From positions 2,400,001-2,464,000 of the forward strand of contig OY762721.1 of NCBI GenBank assembly GCA_963666345.1: a stretch of 64,000 nt of DNA. The letters run 5' to 3'. Numbering within the stretch: the stretch's first letter is position 1; each line of letters starts with the position of its first letter. This DNA comes from Desulfatiglandales bacterium (GTDB taxonomy: Bacteria; Desulfobacterota; DSM-4660; Desulfatiglandales; Desulfatiglandaceae). Shown here piece by piece: positions 1-10,631 of the stretch. Both the position numbers and the translations under genes were made by a program. The notes under the pieces are model-generated. The model was not told the origin of the DNA. It did not search any database and worked only from the letters and a program-made list of their open reading frames with translations.

Positions 1-1196
1 AACGCCCTTTTAAGGGCCGGCCACACGCCCGGCTCCATGACCGCGTCCATCAGGTTTATAACGAGGTATCCGCCGTTTGCCTTCAGAAGGGAACCCGCCT
101 TGATCTTGCTGAAATCCGTCCGCCATATCCCGGCCCTATCGACAATCCTTTCTATGCTCCCGAATATGTTCCTGTAGGTTGGATAAGACTCTATTATAAC
201 AGGTGGCCCCTTCTGATGACTGTTGTCCACCAACAGGTTGACCTGATACGGCTGAAAGGTGTCCCCCTCAGGCATCATCAACTGGAGTCCCGGAGGCATC
301 TGCTGGGCCTGAGGCCTGAATATCTGAAGGTTTTCCGCCATGTCTTTGAGCAGGGCATCCAGATAATTTTTGACTTCCTTCTGACTGAATTTTTTGTAGA
401 CGGGTGCGGCAAGTTCCGAGGCCCTTTTCATGAAATTGACATAGTCCATCTTTTCAATCTTTTCCTGCACCTCTTTCTGAAGATCTCTCAACTCGATAAA
501 GATCTGGTCTATCTGGCCCCTCAGTTTTTCCTGTTTTTCCTTTAGCGATTTGAATTCATCGGCAGGAAATCTTCCCTTCTCGACCATCTCTTCAACCTGG
601 TCGATGTGCAAGGGGTTTCCATCTATAATGGGCATCACTTCAGGCCTTTTGATCTGGCCCACCTGTAGGTCCACAAGGGCAAAACCTTCTTCCTTGACCT
701 TCTGGTCAAGGCTTTTGAAAAATCCCTTTCCCTTGCTCTCGTAAGCCTCCATTACCTCCTTTTTGAGGTTGACATATTCCTGACTCTCAAAAAGCTTGGG
801 GATCTGGTTCTTTAAGGTCTCGGCCAGATCGGAGACAGAGCTTTTAAAAGCACCTCCCATTCCCATTTTTAGACAGAGAAGCAGCGGCTCCTCAGGGTTC
901 TGGAAATTGTTTACATAACAGAGATCCTGAGGAGCCTTGTCGTTTTTTGACATCTCTTTGAGCAGCTTTTTGACCGTAGACATCCTGCCGGTGCCGGCTG
1001 CGCCTGTAACGAATACATTGTAGCCCTGCTTGTCCATTCCCATACCGAACCTGAAGGCCTCGACACCTCTGTCCTGCCCGATGATTTCTTTTAAAGGCTC
1101 GATGTCATCCGTCGTTTCAAAAGGCAAATCGGCAAGATCAAGTCGCCACCTCAGCTTTTCAAGGGGTACCTCTTTTTGCTTTCTGCTTTTCGGCAT
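1..1196 (-). CDS. Lon-protease-like AAA ATPase (LonB/YcbZ-like), 5' part; runs off the window start
   Basis: Not in the ORF track because it is truncated. Translated by hand from ATG 1196 (RBS GAGGAG): MPKSRKQKEVPLEKLRWRLDLADLPFETTDDIEPLKEIIGQDRGVEAFRFGMGMDKQGYNVFVTGAAGTGR...DLCYVNNFQNPEEP, the typical N-terminus of this family. Lies downstream of hsp20. Confidence 0.85.
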   Translation of the reverse strand, partial: MPKSRKQKEVPLEKLRWRLDLADLPFETTDDIEPLKEIIGQDRGVEAFRFGMGMDKQGYNVFVTGAAGTGRMSTVKKLLKEMSKNDKAPQDLCYVNNFQNPEEPLLLCLKMGMGGAFKSSVSDLAETLKNQIPKLFESQEYVNLKKEVMEAYESKGKGFFKSLDQKVKEEGFALVDLQVGQIKRPEVMPIIDGNPLHIDQVEEMVEKGRFPADEFKSLKEKQEKLRGQIDQIFIELRDLQKEVQEKIEKMDYVNFMKRASELAAPVYKKFSQKEVKNYLDALLKDMAENLQIFRPQAQQMPPGLQLMMPEGDTFQPYQVNLLVDNSHQKGPPVIIESYPTYRNIFGSIERIVDRAGIWRTDFSKIKAGSLLKANGGYLVINLMDAVMEPGVWPALKRA

Positions 1197-1285
1197 CTGT
1201 TTTCTCCTCACAATGCGTGGCTTTACTTTTTTGCTGAAAAATATATCTGTGTCACAAGCCTTGGATCAAAATGTGCCGGGCCGAA

Positions 1286-1741
1286 TCAACCGTTACCCGC
1301 CTTGCTTACGATTACATATCTGCCCCCCTTTTCATGTTTTTTCGGCATAAGGACTTCAAGTACACCGTCCCGGTATGTTGCGGTTATCTCATCCACCTCC
1401 ACATTGCAGGGCAGGCGGAATGTTCGGGAAATGGAGCAACTCTTTTCCTTTCGACCTGAAAACCCCTCCTGTCTGACCATGGTCCTGTCATGGGTTTCAA
1501 CATGAATGCTCAGCGTATCGGAAGTAGCGTACAGTTCGATATCGCTTGATTTGAGGCCGGGAATTTCGGCCCTTACCAAAACCGTGTTATCCTTTTCAAA
1601 AAGATAGATCCCGGGCCTTTCCTCCAGGTCCTCATGGAAAGCCTCAAGCCCGTATCGGGACCAGCACCTGTCCAGGAGGCGGTCAAAGTCTTTTCTGAGT
1701 TTGTCCATCGCCTCATCCTTCCAAACGATAAGCCCGGCCAT
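1286..1741 (-). CDS. Hsp20/alpha-crystallin small heat-shock protein
   Basis: VRAEIPG, SRTFRLP and ATYRDGVLEVLMPK motifs; start moved to ATG 1741 behind GGGAGG. Confidence 0.9.
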   Translation of the reverse strand: MAGLIVWKDEAMDKLRKDFDRLLDRCWSRYGLEAFHEDLEERPGIYLFEKDNTVLVRAEIPGLKSSDIELYATSDTLSIHVETHDRTMVRQEGFSGRKEKSCSISRTFRLPCNVEVDEITATYRDGVLEVLMPKKHEKGGRYVIVSKAGNG

Positions 1742-2038
1742 GTCCTGTGACCTCCCTTTCTTATTATGTCTCTTCTCCAATTCAGTTGAAGAAAAAGGGT
1801 TCCTGTACAAGAAAACAGGGTTTTCGATAAGGGATCTCAACTACCCGGTTTCCGAGTATCCACTTATCCTGCCCGATCGACTTCAACCGATCGGGAAATG
1901 ATCCCTGATTATGATCCCATCTTTGTATATCATTAGGAATGGAATATTTTTGATTCATTATAGGAGATTTGGTTCTCTGAGGCAAATTGGAAAAAACGAC
2001 GCCTTAACGGATCGGGACAAGTGCCGGTAATGCGCTTT

Positions 2039-2962
2039 TTACTCCTCCCTGCTGAAGGGGTTACCCAGGGCGGATGGGGTTGTGCCGATTCCGCCTCTTT
2101 TAAGGGCCGTGACAAGAAAAAGCACCAGAACGGTTAGCAGGTAAGGAAGGATTCTTAAGATATAGGTCGGGATCAGTTCCGCCCCTGTGGCCTGAAAATA
2201 AAACTGGAGTGCATTGAGCCCCCCGAACAGGAGCGCTCCGAAAAGCGCCCTTACCGGGTTCCATGTAGAAAATATCACCATGGCAATGGCAATCCAGCCC
2301 TGACCCGCGGACATTCCCTCTTTCCACCCCGGAGTGTATACAAGGGAGAGGTAGGCCCCGGCCATGCCGGCCATCAGTCCCCCGAACAGGGTGCAGCCGT
2401 ATCTGAGAAATTTGACGGGCACGCCTGCCGCGTCGGCAGCTGCAGGGTCTTCTCCCGCAGCCCTGATGTTGAGGCCCAGATTGGTACGAAAGAGTATGAA
2501 CCAGGAAAGAGGCACGATCATGAGGGCTATAAGGACAAGAAAGGTCTGCTGGGCCAGGATCCGTCCCAGAAAAGGGACCTTGTCCAGAAAGGCGCAATCA
2601 AGTTCCTCAAGCCTTATGCCCAGCTTGCCTATAAACGGCCTTCCGAGAAAACTGCTCATTCCCATCCCGAAAATGGTTATGGCAAGCCCGCTTATGACCT
2701 GACTGGCATGCAGATTAATGGAAAGGAAAGCATGTAAAAGGGCGAGAAGGCCTCCCGCGAGCATTGCCCCTGTGAAGGCCATGACAGGGGATCCGGTCGT
2801 GTAGCCGATAATAAAACCCGTCATCGCGCCGATGAGCATGATCCCTTCGACTCCCAGGTTAAGGATGCCGCTTTTTTCGGTAAAGATCTCCCCTATACTT
2901 GCCAGAAGAACGGCGATGCATGATTTCAGGGTTATGGAGGCTATGAATATCAGGTCGTTCAT
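2039..2962 (-). CDS. Nucleoside/sugar ABC transporter permease (BPD_transp_2)
   Basis: EKSGILNLGVEGIML, GLNIRAAGEDPAAADAAG and GQGWIAIA motifs. Confidence 0.9.
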   Translation of the reverse strand: MNDLIFIASITLKSCIAVLLASIGEIFTEKSGILNLGVEGIMLIGAMTGFIIGYTTGSPVMAFTGAMLAGGLLALLHAFLSINLHASQVISGLAITIFGMGMSSFLGRPFIGKLGIRLEELDCAFLDKVPFLGRILAQQTFLVLIALMIVPLSWFILFRTNLGLNIRAAGEDPAAADAAGVPVKFLRYGCTLFGGLMAGMAGAYLSLVYTPGWKEGMSAGQGWIAIAMVIFSTWNPVRALFGALLFGGLNALQFYFQATGAELIPTYILRILPYLLTVLVLFLVTALKRGGIGTTPSALGNPFSREE

Positions 2963-4026
2963 GCACTCCTCCTTAGTATCCTTATCCTGTAAAGGGAGAA
3001 AAAATTGCTGGCTAGTATCGCCAGCAGGATCGTTCCCTCAAGCACGAGGCTGATCGAGGAAGGAAGGTGAAGGGTTGTCTGAAGCTGGTCTCCTCCTACT
3101 ATGAGACCACCCAGAATTATGGCCACAAAAGGCACTGCAAGCGGATTCAAACCGGCAAGAAAGGCTATGATGATGCCGTCATAGCCGTATCCTACCGCAA
3201 GCCCCTGCTGCAGACGAAGGTGAATGCCGCAGACCTCGCTCGTGCCTGCGAGCCCCGCAAGCCCCCCGCTGATGATCAGTACGGCGATCCTTTGGCAGGT
3301 AATGTTTATGCCTGAATAGCGGGCCGCCCCAAGGCTGTTGCCTGTAACCGTTATCCTGTATCCCCACTTGGTTTTTTTAAGGATGACAAACAGGAGCATA
3401 CATGCCGCTATGGCAACAAAAAGGCCCAGATGAACCCTGGTCTGGAAAAATCTTGGAAACCAGGCGGACTCATTAAACATGGCGGTTCCGGGAAACCCTC
3501 TCCCCATGGGATCACGCCATGGTCCAAAGTAGAGGTGCTCCATTAATATGACTGCTATGTAATTGAACATGAGGGTGGTGATAATCTCGTTTACCTCCCA
3601 CCTGGCCTTGAGGATCGCAGGCAACAGCGCCCAGACGGCGCCGCCCGCAAACCCGCTGAGTAAAACAAAGGGGATCATCAAGGGGTCCGGTATATAGCTC
3701 TGAAAAAAAAGCGCCGTGCCTGATGCGAATATCCCCCCGAACACAAGCTGTCCCTCGCACCCGATATTCCAGAGCAGCATCCTGGCGGCCAGTGCTACCG
3801 CAAGGCCGGTAAAGATAAGGGGAGTGGCCTTTACGAGTACTTCAGAAAAATGGAACCAGTCTCCGAAACCTCCCATAAACATTATATAGTAGGCCCTTAA
3901 AGGGTTCGCTCCGACCGCCATAAAAATAACCGCACCTACAAGGATGGCGGGAATAACCGCCAGAAGCAGGATCTGAATAAGAGAGAACCCGGAATCAGCC
4001 TTTTTTTCCACCTTAAATACTACCAC
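2959..4026 (-). CDS. Nucleoside/sugar ABC transporter permease
   Basis: ATPLIFTGLA, WNIGCEGQ, VNEIITTLMFNY and GYGYDGIIIA motifs; overlaps both neighbours. Confidence 0.9.
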   Translation of the reverse strand: MVVFKVEKKADSGFSLIQILLLAVIPAILVGAVIFMAVGANPLRAYYIMFMGGFGDWFHFSEVLVKATPLIFTGLAVALAARMLLWNIGCEGQLVFGGIFASGTALFFQSYIPDPLMIPFVLLSGFAGGAVWALLPAILKARWEVNEIITTLMFNYIAVILMEHLYFGPWRDPMGRGFPGTAMFNESAWFPRFFQTRVHLGLFVAIAACMLLFVILKKTKWGYRITVTGNSLGAARYSGINITCQRIAVLIISGGLAGLAGTSEVCGIHLRLQQGLAVGYGYDGIIIAFLAGLNPLAVPFVAIILGGLIVGGDQLQTTLHLPSSISLVLEGTILLAILASNFFSLYRIRILRRSA

Positions 4027-5575
4027 AATCCGTCCTTTCAGAAACGCCCGCCATCAGGAGTCCGACCTGAGAAACCCCCTCCTCATCGCTGGTTGATATC
4101 ACCTTTAAAATCTTTCCCCTGAACATGACTGCAATCCTGTCTGCCAGCGAAAGCACCTCCTTGAGATCTCCGGAGACCAGTATTACGGCCGCATGCTCCC
4201 TCTGCCTCAGAAGCGAATCCCAGACCTCTTCGGTGGCGCCCACATCAAGGCCCTGGGTGGGATGTTCCGCAATAATCAATCGCGGTTTTCGACCCAGCTC
4301 CCTGGCAAGGATGAATTTCTGAAGATTGCCGCCGGACAGCTGCCTTGCCTTTGAAGAAGGTCCTGAAGGTGTCTTGATGCCGAAATGGTCGATCGCCCCG
4401 GATGTTTCCGCGCGGGCCCCTTTGAGATCAAGAAAAGGGCCTTTCCCGAATTCTTCCACCCTTGTGAGCATGAAATTTTCAACGAGGCTTTGTGCCGGAA
4501 TGCTTGCGGTGCCGTATCTATCCTCAGGTATGTAAACAAGGCCCCTTTTGGCGGTCTTTATCCATTCAAGCGAATTAAACCGTCTTCCCTTATAGGTGAC
4601 GGAACCCTTTTTAAAGGGCAGAAGACCTGTCAGGCATGCAACAAGGGTGTCCTGGCCGTTCCCCGCCACCCCGGTTATTGCAAGGATCTCGCCGGTGCGG
4701 ACCTCCAGATCGATTTGATCAAAAGGGATATGATTATCACTGCCTCCGGAACCGAGGCCTTTGACGGCGAACACGCTTTTCCCGACAGGGACCTTTTCCT
4801 TGTCAACCTTAAGGACGATCTCCCTTCCCACCATAAGCCTTGCCAGTTCCCTCTTTGAGCGTATCTGCTCCGGAAGAAGGGTGGCGATAATTTTCCCCCT
4901 TCTCATTATGGAAATCCTGTCTGAAAGGCTCATGACCTCTTCAAGCTTGTGAGATATGAAAATGATCGTGCGTCCCGCCCCGGCCAGCCTGGTAAGGGTC
5001 TCAAATAACGGTTTTATCTCGGGTGGGGAGAGGATCGCAGTCGGTTCATCCAGGATCAGGATCTCCGCTCGCCGGTAGAGAAGTTTCAATATCTCCACCT
5101 TCTGCCTCTCCCCCATTGAAAGCTGATGGATCTTCTTGCCCGGGTCCACATAAAGGCCGTATTCTTTTGAAAAGCTTTCTATCTCGCTGTTTATCCTGCC
5201 CATATCAAGAGATTTGAGCATGCCCGCACAGCCCAGGACGATATTTTCAGCAACACTTAACGGCTCGACAAGCATGAACCTCTGATAGACCATGCCTATG
5301 CCGATGGAAAGGGCCCCGGCAGGGGAATTGAAAGAAACGGCCTTGCCTTTTAACCTTATCCCGCCTTGATCCGGCCTGTATCTGCCTGAAAGTATGGACA
5401 TGAGGGTGCTTTTTCCGGCGCCGTTTTCGCCCAGAAGCGCGTGTATCTCACCCTGTGATATGTTGAGACTGATATCCCTGTTTGCCCAGACCGGGCCGAA
5501 TCTTTTGGATATCCCTTCAAGAGAGAGGATCGAATCCGGCCTGACTTTTTCACTGTTTTCCATTACTTTAGGCAC
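4013..5575 (-). CDS. Nucleoside/sugar ABC transporter ATP-binding protein (two NBDs)
   Basis: GENGAGKST, ILDEPT, ISHKL and LSGGNLQK motifs. Confidence 0.92.
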   Translation of the reverse strand: MPKVMENSEKVRPDSILSLEGISKRFGPVWANRDISLNISQGEIHALLGENGAGKSTLMSILSGRYRPDQGGIRLKGKAVSFNSPAGALSIGIGMVYQRFMLVEPLSVAENIVLGCAGMLKSLDMGRINSEIESFSKEYGLYVDPGKKIHQLSMGERQKVEILKLLYRRAEILILDEPTAILSPPEIKPLFETLTRLAGAGRTIIFISHKLEEVMSLSDRISIMRRGKIIATLLPEQIRSKRELARLMVGREIVLKVDKEKVPVGKSVFAVKGLGSGGSDNHIPFDQIDLEVRTGEILAITGVAGNGQDTLVACLTGLLPFKKGSVTYKGRRFNSLEWIKTAKRGLVYIPEDRYGTASIPAQSLVENFMLTRVEEFGKGPFLDLKGARAETSGAIDHFGIKTPSGPSSKARQLSGGNLQKFILARELGRKPRLIIAEHPTQGLDVGATEEVWDSLLRQREHAAVILVSGDLKEVLSLADRIAVMFRGKILKVISTSDEEGVSQVGLLMAGVSERTDCGSI

Positions 5576-5579
5576 CCTG

Positions 5580-6239
5580 TCATTTAGAGGAGATAATTTG
5601 AGGGTCGGGGAGGTTTGTCAGGCTGTGGAGGGGGGCCGGAAGGAACGGATGATCGGTGCCTTCCTGGGCCGCGCAGAAGATCCCCAGGATATCCGGCGGG
5701 TCCTGCATATCCTGATTGCGTGCTATCTCTTCCACCAGCTGGGTCAGGGCAAATACCGTTCCCCCCGTGCTTACCACATCATCAATGAATATTATTCCGC
5801 CTGATGCGTTTGCAAGGAGATTGAGGTCCCTTTCATACAGGGCCAGAAATTTCCCCCCGCTTGTAATGGAGTCGGCGCCGACTTGAATAACGGGCCTGCG
5901 TTCAGATTCCATATGGGGCTTGATTCGGTTATAGGCGACCGCTACGGCGTCTATTTCAAGCTCCTGCGCAATCACCTGGGTAAGCTGGAGCGCCTTTTCA
6001 ACAACGGTCAGTATGGCTACGTTTTCAAGGTCAGGTATCGCGGCCCTGATCTTGTCCGCAAGCAAAAGTCCCAGGTCCCTGTTGAGTTTTATCTGCCCTA
6101 CCAGGTTGAAAGAGACGATACGCATACTCGACTTTTCTTCCTGCATGATTACATGCGGCAGCTCTATTTCATAGGGCAGCCCGGGGACCTTGAGGAGATA
6201 TTTCTCACCCGATTCAAGGCTTCCTAGGGTATCCATCAC
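5580..6239 (-). CDS. Type I phosphoribosyltransferase (purine PRTase/APRT-like)
   Basis: PRPP-binding loop IIFIDDVVSTGGT; located inside the nucleoside ABC operon. Confidence 0.8.
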   Translation of the reverse strand: MMDTLGSLESGEKYLLKVPGLPYEIELPHVIMQEEKSSMRIVSFNLVGQIKLNRDLGLLLADKIRAAIPDLENVAILTVVEKALQLTQVIAQELEIDAVAVAYNRIKPHMESERRPVIQVGADSITSGGKFLALYERDLNLLANASGGIIFIDDVVSTGGTVFALTQLVEEIARNQDMQDPPDILGIFCAAQEGTDHPFLPAPLHSLTNLPDPQIISSK

Positions 6240-6255
6240 TTTTCCATCCCTTTTG

Positions 6256-6291
6256 ACCGGCCCGGGGGTGCCATGATACCCCCGGGCCGGT
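6256..6291. other. Intercistronic GC-rich hairpin after the binding-protein gene (probable mRNA-stabilising stem)
   Basis: ACCGGCCCGGGGGT...ACCCCCGGGCCGGT inverted repeat. Confidence 0.55.
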
Positions 6292-6296
6292 TGGTT

Positions 6297-7397
6297 TTAA
6301 TCCGGAATTTTTCCGTTTACGCCCTTTATGAGCCATCGCATTGTCAGAAGTTCCTTGTCCGTTGCCTTTTTACCCTCGGCTACGCGAAGTTTCCCCTCTT
6401 TGTCATAAATCGGGCCGGCAAAGATATTATCCTGATTCTCTTTCAGCTTTTTCTGCTCCGACAGAACCTTTTTCCGGACTTCATCCGGTACCGATTCATT
6501 AAAACCGGTGAGTGTGATGTTGTTTTTGTCAAACCCGCCCCAGTATTCCTGTGGTTTCCACTTGCCTGCAGCTACCCTTTTGACCGCATCCACATAATAG
6601 GGTCCCCAGTTCCATATGGTTGAAAGAAGTGCGCATTTGGCCCCGTATTTCGCGGAATCGGAACCATAGCCGATAGCGGGTACTCCTTTTGCGCATGCCG
6701 CTATGCTGCTGTCGGGGGTGTCGGCCATCTGTCTTATGAGGTCATGTTTGCGGTTTACGAGCGTTTCAGCCAGAGTCGTTTCATTTATGGGGTCCCTCCA
6801 CGCCTTGAGCCAGACAACGGTATTTACCTTTTCAGGGTCGTATTCATGACCCGCCTCTTTCAAACCCTTGACAAGGCCGATTGTGAAGGCGTTTATTCCC
6901 CTTACCGGCTCGGGAATGGGGTTAGTGGCGACCGTGCCTATGTTCTTGAATCCCATAAGGCCCGCCGTGTAACCTGCAAGGTATTCACCCTGGTACATGC
7001 GGCCGAAATAATTGCCCATATTGGAGGAGGTCTTGTAGCCGGAGCAGTGCTCGAAGGCGGTATCCGGAAAATCCCTTGCCACCATTAGCATGGGGTCCAT
7101 ATGCTCGAAGGTGGTTCCGAATATGATGTCGTATCCCTGCTTGGCATAATCCCTGATCACCCTTTCGGCATCCGCGGCAAGCACCTTTTCGGTATAGCTT
7201 ATCTCGACCTTGTCCCCCATCTCTTTTTCCAGATACTTGATGCCGTCATAGGAGGCGGTGGTCCAACCCATGTCGTCGATGGTCCACAGGAGGGCGAAGG
7301 CCACCTTTACCTTCTTGTCCGCCCCGACCGCGGCAGGGGCATAGGCCAGGGAGACGGCCAGCATAACGGCTAAAGCAACAATACTGATTTTCTTCAT
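6297..7397 (-). CDS. BMP-family ABC substrate-binding protein (purine nucleoside type)
   Basis: Signal peptide MKKISIVALAVML...; DDMGWT, YDIIFGTTF, NAFTIG and WNWGPYY motifs. Confidence 0.88.
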   Translation of the reverse strand: MKKISIVALAVMLAVSLAYAPAAVGADKKVKVAFALLWTIDDMGWTTASYDGIKYLEKEMGDKVEISYTEKVLAADAERVIRDYAKQGYDIIFGTTFEHMDPMLMVARDFPDTAFEHCSGYKTSSNMGNYFGRMYQGEYLAGYTAGLMGFKNIGTVATNPIPEPVRGINAFTIGLVKGLKEAGHEYDPEKVNTVVWLKAWRDPINETTLAETLVNRKHDLIRQMADTPDSSIAACAKGVPAIGYGSDSAKYGAKCALLSTIWNWGPYYVDAVKRVAAGKWKPQEYWGGFDKNNITLTGFNESVPDEVRKKVLSEQKKLKENQDNIFAGPIYDKEGKLRVAEGKKATDKELLTMRWLIKGVNGKIPD

Positions 7398-7860
7398 GAT
7401 CTGTTCCTCTCTGTCTCTATTTTTAAGGTTTGAAAAATTTTTGAAAAGACACACAATAAAATGAATGATGCTCAGAGTCAAGATGCCTTGATCATTGTTC
7501 GTCCATTAAAAAAATCCGGTTGTTTGAACCGGGTTGGACCGGGGCTGCAAGGCTTCAGCAGTGACGAAAGATAAAATATAATCCCGCTCAATGCGGGGAA
7601 GTCGGAAGGGCTTGTCATTTTTGACTTGAAAATTTCGGAGAATTCTATTATCTGTTCTTTTCTCACGTAAAATCATTGAATTGGCCTGGGTGTCTCCGGG
7701 AGTCGGTTTTTGTGATCGCGGAATCCTTTTTTTTATTCCGATTTTGAGAGAAACCAAATATTTTAAAGATAATAGTTAACAGGATAAATAAAATTCTGTT
7801 AAGATAGACATGAGAAAAGGCGCACGGCTTTTTCCCGAATGCTTAGCGAAAGGTGAAGAT

Positions 7861-8097
7861 ATGTCTGATTCAACAACTGTAAAGCTTCCCAAGGCAATGC
7901 CACTTGCCAAACGTATCGAGGAGGCCAGCAAACAGATCTCAGAGTGGCTTGAAAATCTTGACAGTCCTTATAATGATGAAAAGGACAGACTGCAGTTAAC
8001 CAAAATGGAAAGTAATGCGGGAGAATACTGCTATCACTATTCAATAATAAAACGCAGAGACCTGTCCGTGTCCGACGTAAGTATTCGAAAGAGATAG
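7861..8097 (+). CDS. Small hypothetical protein (~78 aa)
   Basis: ORF with AAAGGTGA RBS, followed by a hairpin. Confidence 0.55.
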   Translation: MSDSTTVKLPKAMPLAKRIEEASKQISEWLENLDSPYNDEKDRLQLTKMESNAGEYCYHYSIIKRRDLSVSDVSIRKR

Positions 8098-8132
8098 CAG
8101 GGGCTTTTTTACACCTCAATGAAGATATGAAT

Positions 8133-8162
8133 ATGATCAGGCCGTAAAAGCGGCCTGATCAT
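8133..8162. terminator. Hairpin between convergent genes
   Basis: ATGATCAGGCCG-TAAAAG-CGGCCTGATCAT perfect 12-bp stem. Confidence 0.6.
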
Positions 8163-8956
8163 TCTTTTAGAAGATCAAGGAATCCTTCAAGATCGGTGTC
8201 GCTGCGGATCCCGAGCCGGGTAAGCGCAAAATCAAATTTAACGGGGTCATCCGGTGAAACAAGCCTGAACGCCTCGGTTATTTCAAGGGCCGTTTTTATA
8301 TCCGCACTGTTTCGATTTGAAAAACCAATGGATCCGCAGATCCTGTGCATATGAGTATCAAGAGGAATTACAAGTCTTGATGCCGGTATGCCGCTCCAGC
8401 CGCCCGGATCGACATTGTCTCTTCTTATCATCCACCTCAGGAAAAGATGAAGCCTCTTGCAGGCGCTTCCCCTTTCAGGCAGAGGCATGAGACTGTTGCA
8501 GGAATTACCGCAAAAAGCCGTTAATTCCTTCATAAAAAAGGACAGGGCCGGGATTATGTTGTCGTGCTCACTCCTGTATCCTTCAAGCATGCATCGGTTA
8601 AGAGAGCCGTACCTTTCAAGTACCCTCTTTATTCCAAGGAGCATGGCCGATAATTCCTCGCCGGTCGTAAAACGGTGTCTGAATCCGGCAAAAAGCTCAT
8701 GCAGCCTGGAGTCCACGGCGTTTTTTATGAAATCAGAGGGTGAGGGGCCCATTTTCCGGAGAACCATGCCGACGCTTTTGAGAATCTGGGCTACCCTGCC
8801 GTATGCCAGAGAGGACGCTATAAACCCGACTATCTCCATATCGGCAGGTTCGGCGTATCCGTAAAGATACTCCAGGGGATCTGGATGCACCCATTTTCTT
8901 GAATTAAAGGTCTTATAGAGCCTTTCAAGTTCAACCGGTTTTTTTGATGGATTCAT
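8159..8956 (-). CDS. TIGR02757/DUF2400 family protein (HhH-GPD-like)
   Basis: HPDPL, SSLAYGRV, SACKRLHLFLRWMIR, IPLDTH and PDDPVKFDFAL motifs. Confidence 0.88.
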   Translation of the reverse strand: MNPSKKPVELERLYKTFNSRKWVHPDPLEYLYGYAEPADMEIVGFIASSLAYGRVAQILKSVGMVLRKMGPSPSDFIKNAVDSRLHELFAGFRHRFTTGEELSAMLLGIKRVLERYGSLNRCMLEGYRSEHDNIIPALSFFMKELTAFCGNSCNSLMPLPERGSACKRLHLFLRWMIRRDNVDPGGWSGIPASRLVIPLDTHMHRICGSIGFSNRNSADIKTALEITEAFRLVSPDDPVKFDFALTRLGIRSDTDLEGFLDLLKE

Positions 8957-9155
8957 ATAAAAGGTCGCCGGGTTTATATTTGAGATTTTTCTCCAATTTA
9001 GAAAAGAGGGCCCCTTGAACCTTCCGGGGGACATCAGCTGGGAATAATTTATTTGTTTTTCCCGGTGAACCGCTACTGATCGGGAGGTGGTCCATATCAA
9101 AGGTTCCTTAATATATAATCATTAAAACCGTCTTTTAAATCACCCGGTGGCTTTC

Positions 9156-9184
9156 TTGACACCCGGTATGCATTAAAATATATT
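9156..9184 (+). promoter_or_regulatory. sigma70-type promoter of purB
   Basis: TTGACA-N17-TATATT. Confidence 0.55.
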
Positions 9185-9261
9185 TAATAAATTGAAGATA
9201 AATGCTTCGATCTTCTCCTGGCGCCTATTTGTTTAGCCAGTTAATAACAGGATGATAAATC

Positions 9262-10614
9262 ATGAAAAATATTTCCCTTCAGGCCATCTCACCGGTTGAC
9301 GGCAGGTACAGAAGATCGACTGAAAAGCTGGCAGACTATTTTTCCGAATCAGCCCTTATCAGGTACAGGGTGCTGGTGGAGGTCGAATACTTCATCGCAT
9401 TGTGTAATCTCCCTTTACCTCAGCTCAAAGGTTTTGACAAAGGGCTTTTTACCCTTCTCCGCGGGTTTTATGGGGATTTTTCCCTGGATGATGCACTCAG
9501 GGTAAAGGAGATAGAAAAGGTCACAAATCATGATGTAAAGGCTGTCGAGTATTTTCTGAAGGAAAAATTCGAGGATCAGGGTCTAAGCGGGTTTGCTGAA
9601 TTCATACACTTCGGTCTCACCTCTCAGGATATCAATAACACGGCAATGCCTCTTTGTCTGAAGGAGGCATGGAATGAGGTCGGGTTACCCTGCCTTGAGG
9701 AGGTCCTTGACTGCCTCACTCAAAGGGCCGTGGAATGGAAGGACCTGCCCATGCTCGCCCACACGCACGGTCAGCCGGCTTCCCCAACCAGGATGGGCAA
9801 GGAGCTCTATGTCTTTGTGGAAAGGCTCAACACGCAGATGGAAATGCTCAGGGCCGTGCCCTTTTGCGCGAAATTCGGTGGGGCCACAGGCAACTTCAAC
9901 GCCCACCATGTCGCCTATCCGGAAATAGACTGGGTGGCATTTGGAGACGATCTGGTCGGAAACGCCCTCGGTCTCAAACGGCTGAGCGTGACCACGCAGA
10001 TAGAGCATTACGACAACCTGGCCGCGTTTTGTGACAACTTAAAGAGGATAAATACGATTCTGATCGATCTTGACAGGGACATATGGGCCTATATCTCCAT
10101 GAACTATTTCAAGCAGAGGATCAAAGAGGGTGAGGTAGGCTCTTCCGCCATGCCGCACAAGGTAAATCCGATCGACTTCGAGAATTCGGAAGGAAATCTG
10201 GGTGTGGCCAACTGCCTGTTTGAGTACCTTTCATCAAAACTTCCCATCTCGCGGCTCCAGAGGGATCTCACCGATTCAACGGTAACTAGGAATATCGGTG
10301 TGCCCCTTGCCCACACCCTGATCGGCATGAAATCCCTGATAAGGGGTTTTGGAAAGCTGATCCTGAATGAGGAAAAGATAAATTCGGATCTTGAGGCAAA
10401 CTGGGCCGTGGTTGCAGAGGCGATCCAGACGGTCCTCAGGCGGGAGGGGTATCCCAGGCCGTATGAGGCACTTAAGGAGCTTACGAGAAAAAACCGGGTA
10501 ATCAAACAGGATGTGATCCATACCTTTATCGACGGGCTCGAGGTCACAGACAGCGTCAAGGAAGAACTGAAGAGAATTTCCCCGTACAATTACACGGGAA
10601 TCTGTACGTTTTAG
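9262..10614 (+). CDS. purB: Adenylosuccinate lyase
   Basis: ISPVDGRY, TNHDVKAVEY, HFGLTSQD and GSSAMPHKVNPIDFENSEGN motifs. Confidence 0.97.
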   Translation: MKNISLQAISPVDGRYRRSTEKLADYFSESALIRYRVLVEVEYFIALCNLPLPQLKGFDKGLFTLLRGFYGDFSLDDALRVKEIEKVTNHDVKAVEYFLKEKFEDQGLSGFAEFIHFGLTSQDINNTAMPLCLKEAWNEVGLPCLEEVLDCLTQRAVEWKDLPMLAHTHGQPASPTRMGKELYVFVERLNTQMEMLRAVPFCAKFGGATGNFNAHHVAYPEIDWVAFGDDLVGNALGLKRLSVTTQIEHYDNLAAFCDNLKRINTILIDLDRDIWAYISMNYFKQRIKEGEVGSSAMPHKVNPIDFENSEGNLGVANCLFEYLSSKLPISRLQRDLTDSTVTRNIGVPLAHTLIGMKSLIRGFGKLILNEEKINSDLEANWAVVAEAIQTVLRREGYPRPYEALKELTRKNRVIKQDVIHTFIDGLEVTDSVKEELKRISPYNYTGICTF

Positions 10615-10631
10615 GCGGGAGCTGTTTTATT